Positions 36,905-46,028 of a stretch of 64,000 bases of DNA are shown piece by piece. Positions within the stretch are counted from its first letter, which is position 1. Every line of letters begins with the position of its first letter. The notes under the pieces were generated by a model. That model had not been told where the DNA came from, did no database searches, and saw only the letters and a program-made list of their open reading frames with translations. A program made the translations under genes and the position numbers. Source of the DNA: an uncultured Candidatus Saccharibacteria bacterium (lineage in GTDB: Bacteria > Patescibacteriota > Minisyncoccia > Minisyncoccales > Staskawiczbacteraceae); NCBI GenBank assembly GCA_964479955.1, contig CAYZNK010000001.1:13073-77072 (forward strand). The letters are read 5' to 3'.

Positions 36905-37468
36905 GTGAATACAAAGATAGTCAGAGAATTTCTATTAGACGATGATGCGGTGATATTTCGATATCCGCATTTTTCTGATTGGCAAGACATAATGAGGAAG
37001 GTGAATTCCTTAACAAAGGAAAAATCTTTCGGCAGTCCCCAACGTAGAACAACAGGAAAACAACATCGCAAATGGATGCGAGAAAGATTAGCGGGAATAA
37101 AAAAGAATAACGCTGTTTGCCTTGTTGTTGAAATTCGAGGCATAGTAGTAGGAAATGCTTCTATTTGGAGAATTCAAAACAAGCCCGATAGAGGATGCCT
37201 TGAAATCTCAATCAGAAGCAGTATGCCAGACAATCACGAGAAGCTTTGGGGGAGGGGCATTGGTAAAAAATTAATCCGTGCAATAATACACGAAGCCAGA
37301 GCTATTCTAAAAATTAAAGTTGTTGAGCTGGGCGTATATGCTGTTAATTACGGCGCAGTAAGCCTTTACCACCGATGCGGCTTTAGAAAAATGCACCGCA
37401 TTCGTAGGGAGAAAAATCACTACGGAATAATGCGAGATCGCATTTACATGAAAAAACGCCTGCGGTAA
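36905..37468 (+). CDS. GNAT family N-acetyltransferase
   Basis: WGRGIGKKLIRAIIHEA...VSLYHRCGFRK acetyl-CoA-binding pattern. GTG start preceded by AAAGGAG. Confidence 0.8.
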   Translation: MNTKIVREFLLDDDAVIFRYPHFSDWQDIMRKVNSLTKEKSFGSPQRRTTGKQHRKWMRERLAGIKKNNAVCLVVEIRGIVVGNASIWRIQNKPDRGCLEISIRSSMPDNHEKLWGRGIGKKLIRAIIHEARAILKIKVVELGVYAVNYGAVSLYHRCGFRKMHRIRREKNHYGIMRDRIYMKKRLR

Positions 37469-37622
37469 AACACATGGTCGAGGAATATCTCGACCTCTTT
37501 ATTTAATTTTTGAATTTGACAATTACTCTTGACCTTGGTATAGTGAAAACAAGTAAAGTTGGGAGTGTTTCCCAGCTGATCGTCCTTTGAAAAGTGAATC
37601 TACTAAACGGAAGGAGAGAGTC

Positions 37623-38630
37623 ATGCACAAGCCCATCACTGTGGCTTTGCAACCTGCCCAGGTGACTCTCTCTGACAAGAGGGTTCACAAGAGCGCAGTT
37701 GCAACGAAGAAATCGGGTTCGGGATTTTTTAAGTCCCATGCCCGCCGGCTCTTCACAGAGTTGTTGAACTTGTTTTTCAATCACGATTGGATTTTTTGGC
37801 TGGTCGGATTGATTAACAAAAGGATCGGTGTGATTGAATCGATTTTTCTCGTTTATCCGGCAACTGACGATTATACTTTTGCTTACTCTTATACTTACCG
37901 GTCTAGGTGGCATGAGTGGAGACCAGGACCGATTGGTTTTTTCCGCCAGAACGGAAAGATTGGCATCAAGTTCGCCATCTCGGCTCACAACGGCCAGTTC
38001 AGCGACCCGGCAAATAAGGATAAACTTCGCCAGCTCGTTGAGAGAATGGAGAGGCTCCGAAAGCTTTTCTGCGCAAAGCACAAGACTTTCGCAGGAATTC
38101 TTCCCGGAGTGCTCTTCATGAAGCGGTTGGTGAGAGAAACGCCCGAAGCCGATGTGACCGTTGAAGCCGTAAAGCAGGTGATTGGCAAAGTGAAGTCGCT
38201 CGAAGGATTGGACGAAGACACGCCGGTCATTGTGCTCGGTGGAAAGGGTTTCATCGGCCGCCGGGTTGTTGCCGCTTTGCCACAAGGCACGGTTTACAGC
38301 GTGGACATTGCCGGAAACAACGGCCAGAATTGCTGGCCGTCCCATTTGCAGGGAAAACCGGCGTTGCTTGTCAACATCAGCCTCAACTCTGCATTGAGTC
38401 AGTATATCCGCTTGATGTGGCCGGAACTGGTTATGGTCAACGAAGTGTATCCTGAGCCGTCTGACGAATTGGCGGAACAGCTGAAAAACATTGGCTGCCA
38501 CTGCTATCACATCGTTGGAGTTAAGGCAAGAGCACTGCCTTCGTTTCCTGGTGGTTATCAGGGAGGAATTCCTTGTTGCGCCGCCTGGCAATCGGAAAAG
38601 ATGGAGGCTTTGTTCAAGCGAATCGTTTAA
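37623..38630 (+). CDS. NAD(P)-binding Rossmann-fold protein (putative oxidoreductase)
   Basis: Start at the Met preceded by GGAAGGAGAG. VIVLGGKGFIGRRVV is a GxGxxG motif. The overall layout loosely recalls the shikimate-DH-like / acyl-ACP-reductase-like family (low confidence). The minus-strand 433-aa ORF is a shadow of this gene. Confidence 0.6.
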   Translation: MHKPITVALQPAQVTLSDKRVHKSAVATKKSGSGFFKSHARRLFTELLNLFFNHDWIFWLVGLINKRIGVIESIFLVYPATDDYTFAYSYTYRSRWHEWRPGPIGFFRQNGKIGIKFAISAHNGQFSDPANKDKLRQLVERMERLRKLFCAKHKTFAGILPGVLFMKRLVRETPEADVTVEAVKQVIGKVKSLEGLDEDTPVIVLGGKGFIGRRVVAALPQGTVYSVDIAGNNGQNCWPSHLQGKPALLVNISLNSALSQYIRLMWPELVMVNEVYPEPSDELAEQLKNIGCHCYHIVGVKARALPSFPGGYQGGIPCCAAWQSEKMEALFKRIV

Positions 38631-38697
38631 GGGCTTTGTCACAGAAATGACATCGCCCTTTTTTGTTTGCTCTGATTTTGTTGTATAATGAAACAAC

Positions 38698-40977
38698 ATG
38701 GATTTTATAAATATTTTACTCATTTTTGCGGGGCTATTTAATATTGTCTGGATGGCTTTCTTTTTAAGGGCATATTTTCGTGGCGTTAATAAAAAAATCG
38801 CCAATTTTTTTATTTTTAATGTAATTACAGTCTTTCTTTGGGTTGTTGCAATATTTTGCTATCGTTCCAGTCAAAACAATACGACAATTTTATTATATTG
38901 TCGTTTTTTATATGTAGCAGCGGCGTTAATTCCTATAACATTTTTGTACTTTGTATACTTTTTTCCGGAAGGAAAAAGAAAACACTCGTGGATAACGCTT
39001 ATCACAATATCGTTTCCGGTTATCATTTTAATAACTCTGGTTTTATTCACGAATTTAATAATTTCAGACGCCTATAAAATCAACAATCAAGAACATTTTA
39101 TAGTTTGGGGCAGTTTATATTTTTTATATGTCATTTATATCCCCTTATATTTTCTATGGTCTTTTGCAATTTTATTAAAACGATATCTAGAAAATACAGG
39201 TATCATCAGATTGCAGGCTCTTTATATTTTAATTGGCGTGTCCACGTCCAGTTTTATAGGCATGATCACAAATTTAATATTACCATCATTCTATAATTTT
39301 CGTTTCAATTGGCTTGGCCAAGTCGCGACCATAATCTGGGCATCGTGCGCAATTTATCCAATAGCAAGATATAGACTTAGCGATATTAGAATTATTTTCA
39401 GAAAAATATTTACCTATATTCTGTCGGCGGGGTTTGTTTATGGAATGTTTTATCTTATAACCTGGTTGTACAATAAAATCTTCGGAGGCATATATACTAA
39501 TGGCGCATATATTTTAGGCTTAATTATTGCTCCGTTGTTTGTGGGGCTTTTTGTCTGGGTAAATAGTAAAATAAGGGGTATAGCAAATAAATATTTGTTT
39601 TTTGACCTGTACACCCGCCAGGAGACAATTGCAAAAATGACAGACAAGCTTACAAGCTCAATTAATTTAAACAAGATTATTGACTTAATCGTAGACAGCA
39701 TAGAAGAGGCAATGCAGTTGGACAGGGCAGGGATTTTGCTAATAGACCAAAAAGAAAAAACCGTAAAATTTAAAATTGCAAAGGTGATTGGATTTAACGA
39801 AAACAACGGCATAAGTCTGGTGCAAGACAATTTCTTAACCCGTTATCTGGAAAAAACGCAAAAGCCGTTGGTTAGGGATGAACTCCAGATGATTTCACGG
39901 GATTTAAATGATGCCAATGAAAAACAAAGTTTTAGCCAGCTTGCCGAAAACATGAAGCGCATAGAAGCTTCGCTGTGTCTGCCAATGATAATTTCGGGCA
40001 AATTAATTGGAATAATTGTGTTGGGTTCAAAAATATCCGGAGATGCTTACACAAGCGACGATTTGAATCTTTTAAGTACGTTGTCAAAGCAAGCCGCTAT
40101 TGCAGTTGATAATGCCAGGCTGTATAAAGAAGTACAGGATTTTAGCAAGACTCTGCAGCAGAAAGTGGATGAGCAGACAAAAGAAATTAAGCAAGCATAC
40201 GAAATTGAAAAAAGGGCCAACAAAGACCTGCTGGAACTAGACGAAGCAAAAACAAATTTTATGCTGGTTACTCAGCACCACTTAAGAACGCCGCTTACAA
40301 TCACAACAGGATTTTTGGATCTTATTTTAAGCGGTCATTTTGGAAAAATTTCCAAAAAACTTTCTGCTGCAATATTAAAAGCAAATGATTCCGTAAAAAA
40401 AGAAATTGGCGTAGTAAACGACCTTTTGAGCGTATCGTCATTTCAACTTGGACACGGGTATGTACAGGTTAAGCCGCATGTAATAATTGAAGACATAATC
40501 AAAGAAATCATAATAGACTTAAGCCCCGTTGCCGAAGAACGCAAAATTTTTCTTAAACTTAATACAAAAGATAATATCCCCGAAATAACAGCTGACTCAA
40601 AACAAATTAAAATGGCATTTCAAAATATAATAGACAATGCAATGAAATACACAAAACATGGGGGAGTTTCTGTTAATATTGCGTTTGAAAATGATAAAAT
40701 AAAAATAGAGGTCAAAGACACAGGCATAGGAATGGACGATGAAGATGAAAAGTATTTGTTTGAAAAACCTTTTCAAAGAAGCAAAGAAGCCTGGTCTCAA
40801 AATGCAACAGGTAAAGGAATAGGCGTTTATCTTTCAGCTCAAATAATCAAGGCTCATGGCGGGACTATAAAAGCAAGTTCTGAAGGCAGAGATAAAGGAA
40901 GCACATTTTTAATAGAGCTTCCCATAGATGCATCTTTGTTTGCCAACAAACACGTGGTTTCAAAAGATTTAAAATAA
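38698..40977 (+). CDS. sensor histidine kinase (7TM N-domain, GAF, HisKA, HATPase_c)
   Basis: 759 aa with about 7 N-terminal TM helices, a GAF-like middle, an H-box (LVTQHHLRTPLT) and N/G boxes (IIDNAMKYT, DTGIGM, GKGIGVYL). Confidence 0.88.
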   Translation: MDFINILLIFAGLFNIVWMAFFLRAYFRGVNKKIANFFIFNVITVFLWVVAIFCYRSSQNNTTILLYCRFLYVAAALIPITFLYFVYFFPEGKRKHSWITLITISFPVIILITLVLFTNLIISDAYKINNQEHFIVWGSLYFLYVIYIPLYFLWSFAILLKRYLENTGIIRLQALYILIGVSTSSFIGMITNLILPSFYNFRFNWLGQVATIIWASCAIYPIARYRLSDIRIIFRKIFTYILSAGFVYGMFYLITWLYNKIFGGIYTNGAYILGLIIAPLFVGLFVWVNSKIRGIANKYLFFDLYTRQETIAKMTDKLTSSINLNKIIDLIVDSIEEAMQLDRAGILLIDQKEKTVKFKIAKVIGFNENNGISLVQDNFLTRYLEKTQKPLVRDELQMISRDLNDANEKQSFSQLAENMKRIEASLCLPMIISGKLIGIIVLGSKISGDAYTSDDLNLLSTLSKQAAIAVDNARLYKEVQDFSKTLQQKVDEQTKEIKQAYEIEKRANKDLLELDEAKTNFMLVTQHHLRTPLTITTGFLDLILSGHFGKISKKLSAAILKANDSVKKEIGVVNDLLSVSSFQLGHGYVQVKPHVIIEDIIKEIIIDLSPVAEERKIFLKLNTKDNIPEITADSKQIKMAFQNIIDNAMKYTKHGGVSVNIAFENDKIKIEVKDTGIGMDDEDEKYLFEKPFQRSKEAWSQNATGKGIGVYLSAQIIKAHGGTIKASSEGRDKGSTFLIELPIDASLFANKHVVSKDLK

Positions 40978-41042
40978 AATATAAAAGCCATTAAACAAGT
41001 CCGGCGTTTAATTTATAAAATTATATGCGGACTTTTAAAAAT

Positions 41043-41450
41043 ATGGAAAAACAAAACAAAAAGAAAATATTGTGGGTTGAAGACGAACAAATGCTAATAG
41101 ACCTGTATAAAGAGCTTATGGGAACTATGGATGGAATTGAGGTTGAGTTCATAAAACTGGGGCAGGAGGCAATAAACAGAATCAAAGAAATACAGGAGGG
41201 AAAAGCTGAAAAGCCGGACCTGATAATGCTTGACCTTTTGCTTCCTGATATTAATGGAGATAAAGTTTGCGAAGTTTCAAGAAATAATCCCAACACAAAA
41301 GATATCCCTGTTTTTGTCCTTACAAATTATACGGGAGAACAAATGGAACAAAAAATGACAAGTGGTTTGGGCGCTGAAAAATATCTTGTCAAAACAGAAT
41401 GGGGGCCAAATAAATTAATTCCGCTTATCAAGAAAAAATTAGGGATATAA
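41043..41450 (+). CDS. response regulator, receiver domain only (CheY-like)
   Basis: KKILWVEDE, PDLIMLDLLLPDINGD and IPVFVLTN. The track ORF starts 18 nt earlier (41025). Confidence 0.85.
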   Translation: MEKQNKKKILWVEDEQMLIDLYKELMGTMDGIEVEFIKLGQEAINRIKEIQEGKAEKPDLIMLDLLLPDINGDKVCEVSRNNPNTKDIPVFVLTNYTGEQMEQKMTSGLGAEKYLVKTEWGPNKLIPLIKKKLGI

Positions 41451-41556
41451 AAATAGAAAATAAAAGGTGTTGGGTAAATCAAAAACCTCACACTTTTTTT
41501 TATTAGCTGTGAATAACTTGACTATTTAAAAACTTCCGAAAGGGTTAAAATAAATA

Positions 41557-41928
41557 ATGGCGCAAAAAAATTTGGATGCAACCAAAAATGTTGAGCAAGA
41601 AGAATCTGTAAATGACGAAAATACTGGAGGGGGATTGGCCGGTCCGGAAGGAGTTTTAATGCTGTGCGTTGCCGTACTTTTAGATTTAGTAGGATTTTTA
41701 CTGTTCTGCGTATCGTGGCTGGGAGTTGATGACTATGGAATATTGGATGTTTTGGGAATGATTATCATAGGAGGATGGATGTTTACAAGAGGCTCTGGAT
41801 TAAATAAAAATATCATAAAAAAAGGATTGAAAAGATTTGGATTTGCAACCCTTGTGGAGTTAGTGCCTTTTTTAGGCGGGATAGCTCCTTCTTGGACTAT
41901 ATTAGTTTATAAAGAATTAAAAAACTAA
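41557..41928 (+). CDS. small membrane protein, first gene of the T4SS-like cluster
   Basis: 123 aa with 3 hydrophobic segments. Its stop is 2 nt before the VirB6-like gene. Confidence 0.5.
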   Translation: MAQKNLDATKNVEQEESVNDENTGGGLAGPEGVLMLCVAVLLDLVGFLLFCVSWLGVDDYGILDVLGMIIIGGWMFTRGSGLNKNIIKKGLKRFGFATLVELVPFLGGIAPSWTILVYKELKN

Positions 41929-41930
41929 AG

Positions 41931-43754
41931 ATGTTTAATTTTTTATCAGAAGTTTTAAAGAATAAAAAAGTATTTTTTTGCGTATTTTTATTTTTAGCTA
42001 TTGGAGGAATAATTGCTCCGCAAGTCACCTATGCCGGTTTTTGGTGCACAGTATCGTCGGTAGTTGGAGGACCTGCAGCAGACCTTTGGGGATGCGGACC
42101 GATAACAGCCATATCTTCTACTGTAAAAGAAGTTGCAGAAAAGGGCGCAGAAAGCGTTGGCGACAGCATTTTAAACGACCTTATATACGCTGTTGGATAT
42201 ATTATCACAACAATCACTTCCGGATTAATGGGATTAGCCGCCGGAACGCTAAAATGGATATTAGATTATCAAAACGCGTTTACAATAACCAGAGACAACA
42301 ATGTAGTTACGGTTGGCTGGAATAGCGTCAGAGATCTGGCGAATATGTTTATAGTTTTAGGGTTTGTTATTATTGGAATAGCTTTTACTTTAAGACTGGA
42401 GGGATATGGAAGCAAAAAAACGCTGATTAATTTGATTATGATAGCTCTCTTAATAAATTTTTCATTGGTTATTTGCGGAATATTCATTGATGGAGCAAAT
42501 AAGGCAGTTGATTTTTTCTTGCAAGGCAGCAATGTCCTGCCGGAAACTTTTATTGAAGGAATAACAAAACAGTTGGATGTTTTAGGCGGAGCATTTTCTA
42601 AAGATGATCCTGTAAATACCCTTGGAATAGCAACGCAATTTGCTTTTTATAATATTGTTGCTTTTATAGTTTTTTTACTTTTTGCTTTTTTGTTTTTATT
42701 CAGGCTAGTTGCCTTAATGATTCTTGTTATTCTGGCGCCATTAGCTTTTGTTTCTTATGTTTTTCCGTTCACAAAAAACATGGCTCAAATGTGGTGGAGT
42801 AATTTTTTCCAGTGGTGCATAATTGGTATTCCGGGAAGTTTTTTCCTTTATTTAGCTGATTTACTAACAAAACAGGCAAACATAACAGAAGCCAGCGACC
42901 CGATGCTTTTCTTATTGCCCGGATTTTTTCTTATCGTGGGATTTTTATTCTCCCTAAAGATGGCGCCTATGGGAGCCAGCGCTGTAACAGGACTTGCCAA
43001 AGGGACTATTGGGTTCGCAACAGGAGCAATAGCTGGAGGCGCAGCTGTTGCCGCAAAGGGTGGAATGGCTGGATTAAATGCATTAAGTGGGGGCAGAGCT
43101 TCAGCGGCCACAGAAAGAATCAGTTCCGGTGTTGGACGAGCTATGGATTATCTTGGAATTGCAGGACGTAAAAGAGGAATGACTGCGCAAAACTATCAAA
43201 AAGATATGAAAGAAACAATTGATAGAGTGGGTAGTATGGACGAAATGACCAAAACAAGAATAGCTACTAGCGGAGCAAATACCCCACAAGGAAGAAGGGA
43301 TAAAATAGCGGCGATACAAGATAAAATTAAAAATGGCAAAATTAGCGATCTGGGTAATGCAGCTCAACAGTCCAGGGCTATTGCTTTAGTAGAAAGTTAT
43401 ACAAGAGGACGAGGAGGTGTATCTACTATAAGAAAAGATGCTTTGAAATTAAATCCTAACATAGCTGCAAATTCTGCGGAGCTTAGAAGCGCAGTTCAAA
43501 ATCAAAATCCAGGTGATTTCGCTAAAAATATAGATTCCAGCGCTATTACTGCCGCCGTTTTAGGAGCTACTGACGACAGACAATTAACTATTTTGGCAAA
43601 TAGAGGCAGTAAAACAAAGAAAGATGCAATGAGGAATTTAGTCAGAACAGCAGCTGGGAGAGCACAAATACGCGCGCATGCATCCACTCTTAACCCCGCG
43701 GAAAGAGCTGAATTCGCCAGAAATATAAGGCTAGCTCGTACATTATTTAGATAA
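41931..43754 (+). CDS. polytopic membrane protein, TrbL/VirB6-like
   Basis: 607 aa with a signal/TM, about 6-7 further TM helices and a hydrophilic C-terminal tail. Same operon context as PrgI-like and VirB4 genes. Confidence 0.5.
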   Translation: MFNFLSEVLKNKKVFFCVFLFLAIGGIIAPQVTYAGFWCTVSSVVGGPAADLWGCGPITAISSTVKEVAEKGAESVGDSILNDLIYAVGYIITTITSGLMGLAAGTLKWILDYQNAFTITRDNNVVTVGWNSVRDLANMFIVLGFVIIGIAFTLRLEGYGSKKTLINLIMIALLINFSLVICGIFIDGANKAVDFFLQGSNVLPETFIEGITKQLDVLGGAFSKDDPVNTLGIATQFAFYNIVAFIVFLLFAFLFLFRLVALMILVILAPLAFVSYVFPFTKNMAQMWWSNFFQWCIIGIPGSFFLYLADLLTKQANITEASDPMLFLLPGFFLIVGFLFSLKMAPMGASAVTGLAKGTIGFATGAIAGGAAVAAKGGMAGLNALSGGRASAATERISSGVGRAMDYLGIAGRKRGMTAQNYQKDMKETIDRVGSMDEMTKTRIATSGANTPQGRRDKIAAIQDKIKNGKISDLGNAAQQSRAIALVESYTRGRGGVSTIRKDALKLNPNIAANSAELRSAVQNQNPGDFAKNIDSSAITAAVLGATDDRQLTILANRGSKTKKDAMRNLVRTAAGRAQIRAHASTLNPAERAEFARNIRLARTLFR

Positions 43755-43808
43755 AACATTTTTCATAAAATTTATATAATAAAGTTTAAAAAATAATTAG
43801 AACTAATT

Positions 43809-44381
43809 ATGATTGATATTGCTAAACAAAATGAAAAATTACTTTTTGAAGAAAATATTGGCCAGGTTCTTTTTGAGATTATAAAAAAATACAAACTGGA
43901 AGAATCGACCGATGAAGTATTTAAAAAAATAGAAACCGACCAGCCTTTTCCTGAAGAAATTATAATAAACATAATAGAAGATTTATTTTTTGGAAAAATA
44001 CAAGAAAAAAATATTCCTATTCTATTGCAACAAAAATTAAATATTTCACAAGATGTTTCTGAAAATATTTTTAGTGACATAAAAATAAAAATCATGCCAT
44101 TGATCAAAAAATCCCCAGAATCAGACGATACAGAACCGACTGCAAAAGAAAAATCACAAACAATAGAAAGCAATCGACCAGATTTAACAAAAAAAATTAT
44201 AGAGCCCAACAAGGTTGCAGAAAAAGTTTCAGAAAAAATAATTAGAAATCCTACCAGCTCAATCAATCCAGCAGAAAATGAAAGAAATAGAAAAAAAATA
44301 GGAAGAACAGAAACATCAAAAGAAATAAAATCTATAAAACAAAAAAATATTCAAGATAATTACCGAGAGCCCATAGAATAA
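43809..44381 (+). CDS. hypothetical K/E-rich protein
   Basis: 190-aa ORF. The antisense 164-aa ORF is an S/F/I-rich shadow. Confidence 0.45.
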   Translation: MIDIAKQNEKLLFEENIGQVLFEIIKKYKLEESTDEVFKKIETDQPFPEEIIINIIEDLFFGKIQEKNIPILLQQKLNISQDVSENIFSDIKIKIMPLIKKSPESDDTEPTAKEKSQTIESNRPDLTKKIIEPNKVAEKVSEKIIRNPTSSINPAENERNRKKIGRTETSKEIKSIKQKNIQDNYREPIE

Positions 44382-44393
44382 TAAAATAAATTA

Positions 44394-44441
44394 AAAGGAC
44401 TAAACCGTAGGTTTAGTCCTTTAGTTTTGCTCTCGCAAAAC
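44394..44441. terminator. two tandem hairpins between convergent genes
   Basis: aaggactaaacc-gtag-ggtttagtcctt, then gttttgc-tctc-gcaaaac. Confidence 0.6.
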
Positions 44442-44458
44442 ATCAGTTGTTTGCTATT

Positions 44459-45817
44459 TTAGTCATCCTCCTCATCGTCATCTTCGCCGTTTAGAAGTTC
44501 ATCAAGATAATCGTTTGCCTCATCATCTGTCATCTCACGCTGCTTTTTTGTCTTGTTCTTTTTTTGCGCCGGCGTAGTACCGCTGGCTTGATATCCACCC
44601 TGGCTACCAGCTTCTCCTCCTTTTGAGGGGTTATTAGGTTGACTCGCAGAATTTGCAGAAGCAGGCGGTAGAACCCCTCCGGGCCTCAAAGTTACTGCTG
44701 CGGCCAAATCGTTGCCCAAGGCAGTTTGGGCTCCGCTTATCTGAACGATCTGTTTTCTCACTTTAGCTCTCTCAACTTGCACAGTTTCAAGCGCTTTTTC
44801 AGACGAAAGATCTGGGTGAGCTGCCTGTATTGTTTTTGCGATTTTGGCAACGTGTTCTGCCTCTACCGTCTCCGCCTCTCTCTGTAATCTTTCTTCCTCT
44901 GCTTTATCGGCAAATTCAGCAGCAGCGCCTTTGGCTCTGATGTCGTTAACAACGAACATCAAGATTGTAATCCCCAAGCTCCTATTTGGAAAATGTCCAT
45001 TACCCTCCCTGAGTTCCCTTACAGTCCTTCTCCTATCTTCAACGGCGCTTCTTATCCTATTCCTTTCTGCTTCGGGAAGGCCATTAAAATAAGCTTGGAG
45101 CCCATCCCAATTCCAATCTCCTTTTTTGTCAGGATTTTTCCATGCCCAACCATTTTTGACATCAGCGTCAAAAACCGTTGGCGCTGATTGGGGCCTGTCA
45201 AAAAACCTCATCCATGTACTAGTGGGGACCTGGCTATCTATGGGTCCTAAGTTTTGACGCATAATTGCTTTTACGAGCACCTCATGAGCGTCATCTTTTG
45301 TCGCTTGAGCCTCTTCCCATGTCGCTGGTCCTTCCTTATTAGAACGAGCCCATGTTTTTGTACGATCTTCAACAATATTATGAAGGATCTCTTTTACGCG
45401 ATCCGGACCTCCAGAGTTTAAATATGTAATATACGACTCGGGTTCGTTATCTATTCCAGGGATCCACGTTGCGGCCACTTTGACGTCAAGCAGGGCATTG
45501 TCTGGTGTTCTTACCTCTTGCGGCTCAAAATTGTGGTTTATTTTTTCGACTTTAATTAATATAAAGTCAAAAATAATCCCACTGAATGGTAACCAATTAT
45601 ATCCCTCATCCAAAACCACATCTTGTCTTTTTCCTAAGAAAACCAATATGGCTTTGTGTGGAGGGTTTGCAGGCACCTCTATGATTCCATTCCAAACAAA
45701 CATCCCTGACAAAAAAAGAAAACAAAGCACCCCTGCTATCATCCCCAGAAAAATAGAAGTTATTTGACCGGTCAAAACAATCAAAATCAATACAATAAGG
45801 GTTACAAGAGCTCTCAT
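44459..45817 (-). CDS. SPFH/Band-7-like membrane protein with long coiled-coil and acidic tail (paralog 1)
   Basis: Start chosen at the Met preceded by GGAGAGGAG. Two N-terminal TM helices, then IIEVPANPPHKAILVFLGKRQDVVLDEGYNWLPF...EVRTPDNALLDVKVAATW (SPFH-like). C-terminus ...GEDDDEEDD. Confidence 0.55.
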   Translation of the reverse strand: MRALVTLIVLILIVLTGQITSIFLGMIAGVLCFLFLSGMFVWNGIIEVPANPPHKAILVFLGKRQDVVLDEGYNWLPFSGIIFDFILIKVEKINHNFEPQEVRTPDNALLDVKVAATWIPGIDNEPESYITYLNSGGPDRVKEILHNIVEDRTKTWARSNKEGPATWEEAQATKDDAHEVLVKAIMRQNLGPIDSQVPTSTWMRFFDRPQSAPTVFDADVKNGWAWKNPDKKGDWNWDGLQAYFNGLPEAERNRIRSAVEDRRRTVRELREGNGHFPNRSLGITILMFVVNDIRAKGAAAEFADKAEEERLQREAETVEAEHVAKIAKTIQAAHPDLSSEKALETVQVERAKVRKQIVQISGAQTALGNDLAAAVTLRPGGVLPPASANSASQPNNPSKGGEAGSQGGYQASGTTPAQKKNKTKKQREMTDDEANDYLDELLNGEDDDEEDD

Positions 45818-45916
45818 CGTTTGACTCCTCTCCATATTTTCCGCCAAAGCGGTTGTCAAAAAACTATTGCCTTAACTCGGCTACACACCGAATTTGTAAT
45901 TTCAGGCTATATATTT

Positions 45917-45945
45917 ATTATATCATAAATATATATTGATGTCAA
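45917..45945 (-). promoter_or_regulatory. perfect consensus sigma70 promoter for SPFH-like paralog 1
   Basis: Minus strand reads TTGACA (45945-45940), 17-nt spacer, TATAAT (45922-45917). About 40 bp of surrounding sequence is repeated at 47186-47222. Confidence 0.7.
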
Positions 45946-45978
45946 TACATATTTAATTACAACCAAAAATAACAAAAA

Positions 45979-46012
45979 AGAAGACCGGCAATGAATTGTC
46001 GGTCTTTTGATC
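45979..46012 (-). terminator. terminator of SPFH-like paralog 2
   Basis: aagaccggcaa/ttgtcggtctt imperfect stem, followed on the minus strand by CTTTTTT. Confidence 0.6.
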
Positions 46013-46028
46013 TCTGATAGGATCATGC

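Noticed and set aside
37503-38804. 433-aa minus-strand ORF overlapping the whole 37623-38630 gene
   Set aside because: It is antisense to a gene with a strong SD, a GxGxxG Rossmann motif and sensible composition. The minus-strand product is Arg/Ser/Leu-rich with no motif and runs into the histidine-kinase start. This is the typical shadow ORF of a GC-rich gene.
43772-44266. 164-aa minus-strand ORF opposite 43809-44381, and similar antisense ORFs opposite K/E-rich genes (e.g. 19958-20458, 22841-23802, 4046-5574)
   Set aside because: Their S/F/I/L-rich, Cys-containing translations are the typical antisense of AAA/GAA-rich coding sequence. The sense partners have recognisable domains or operon context.
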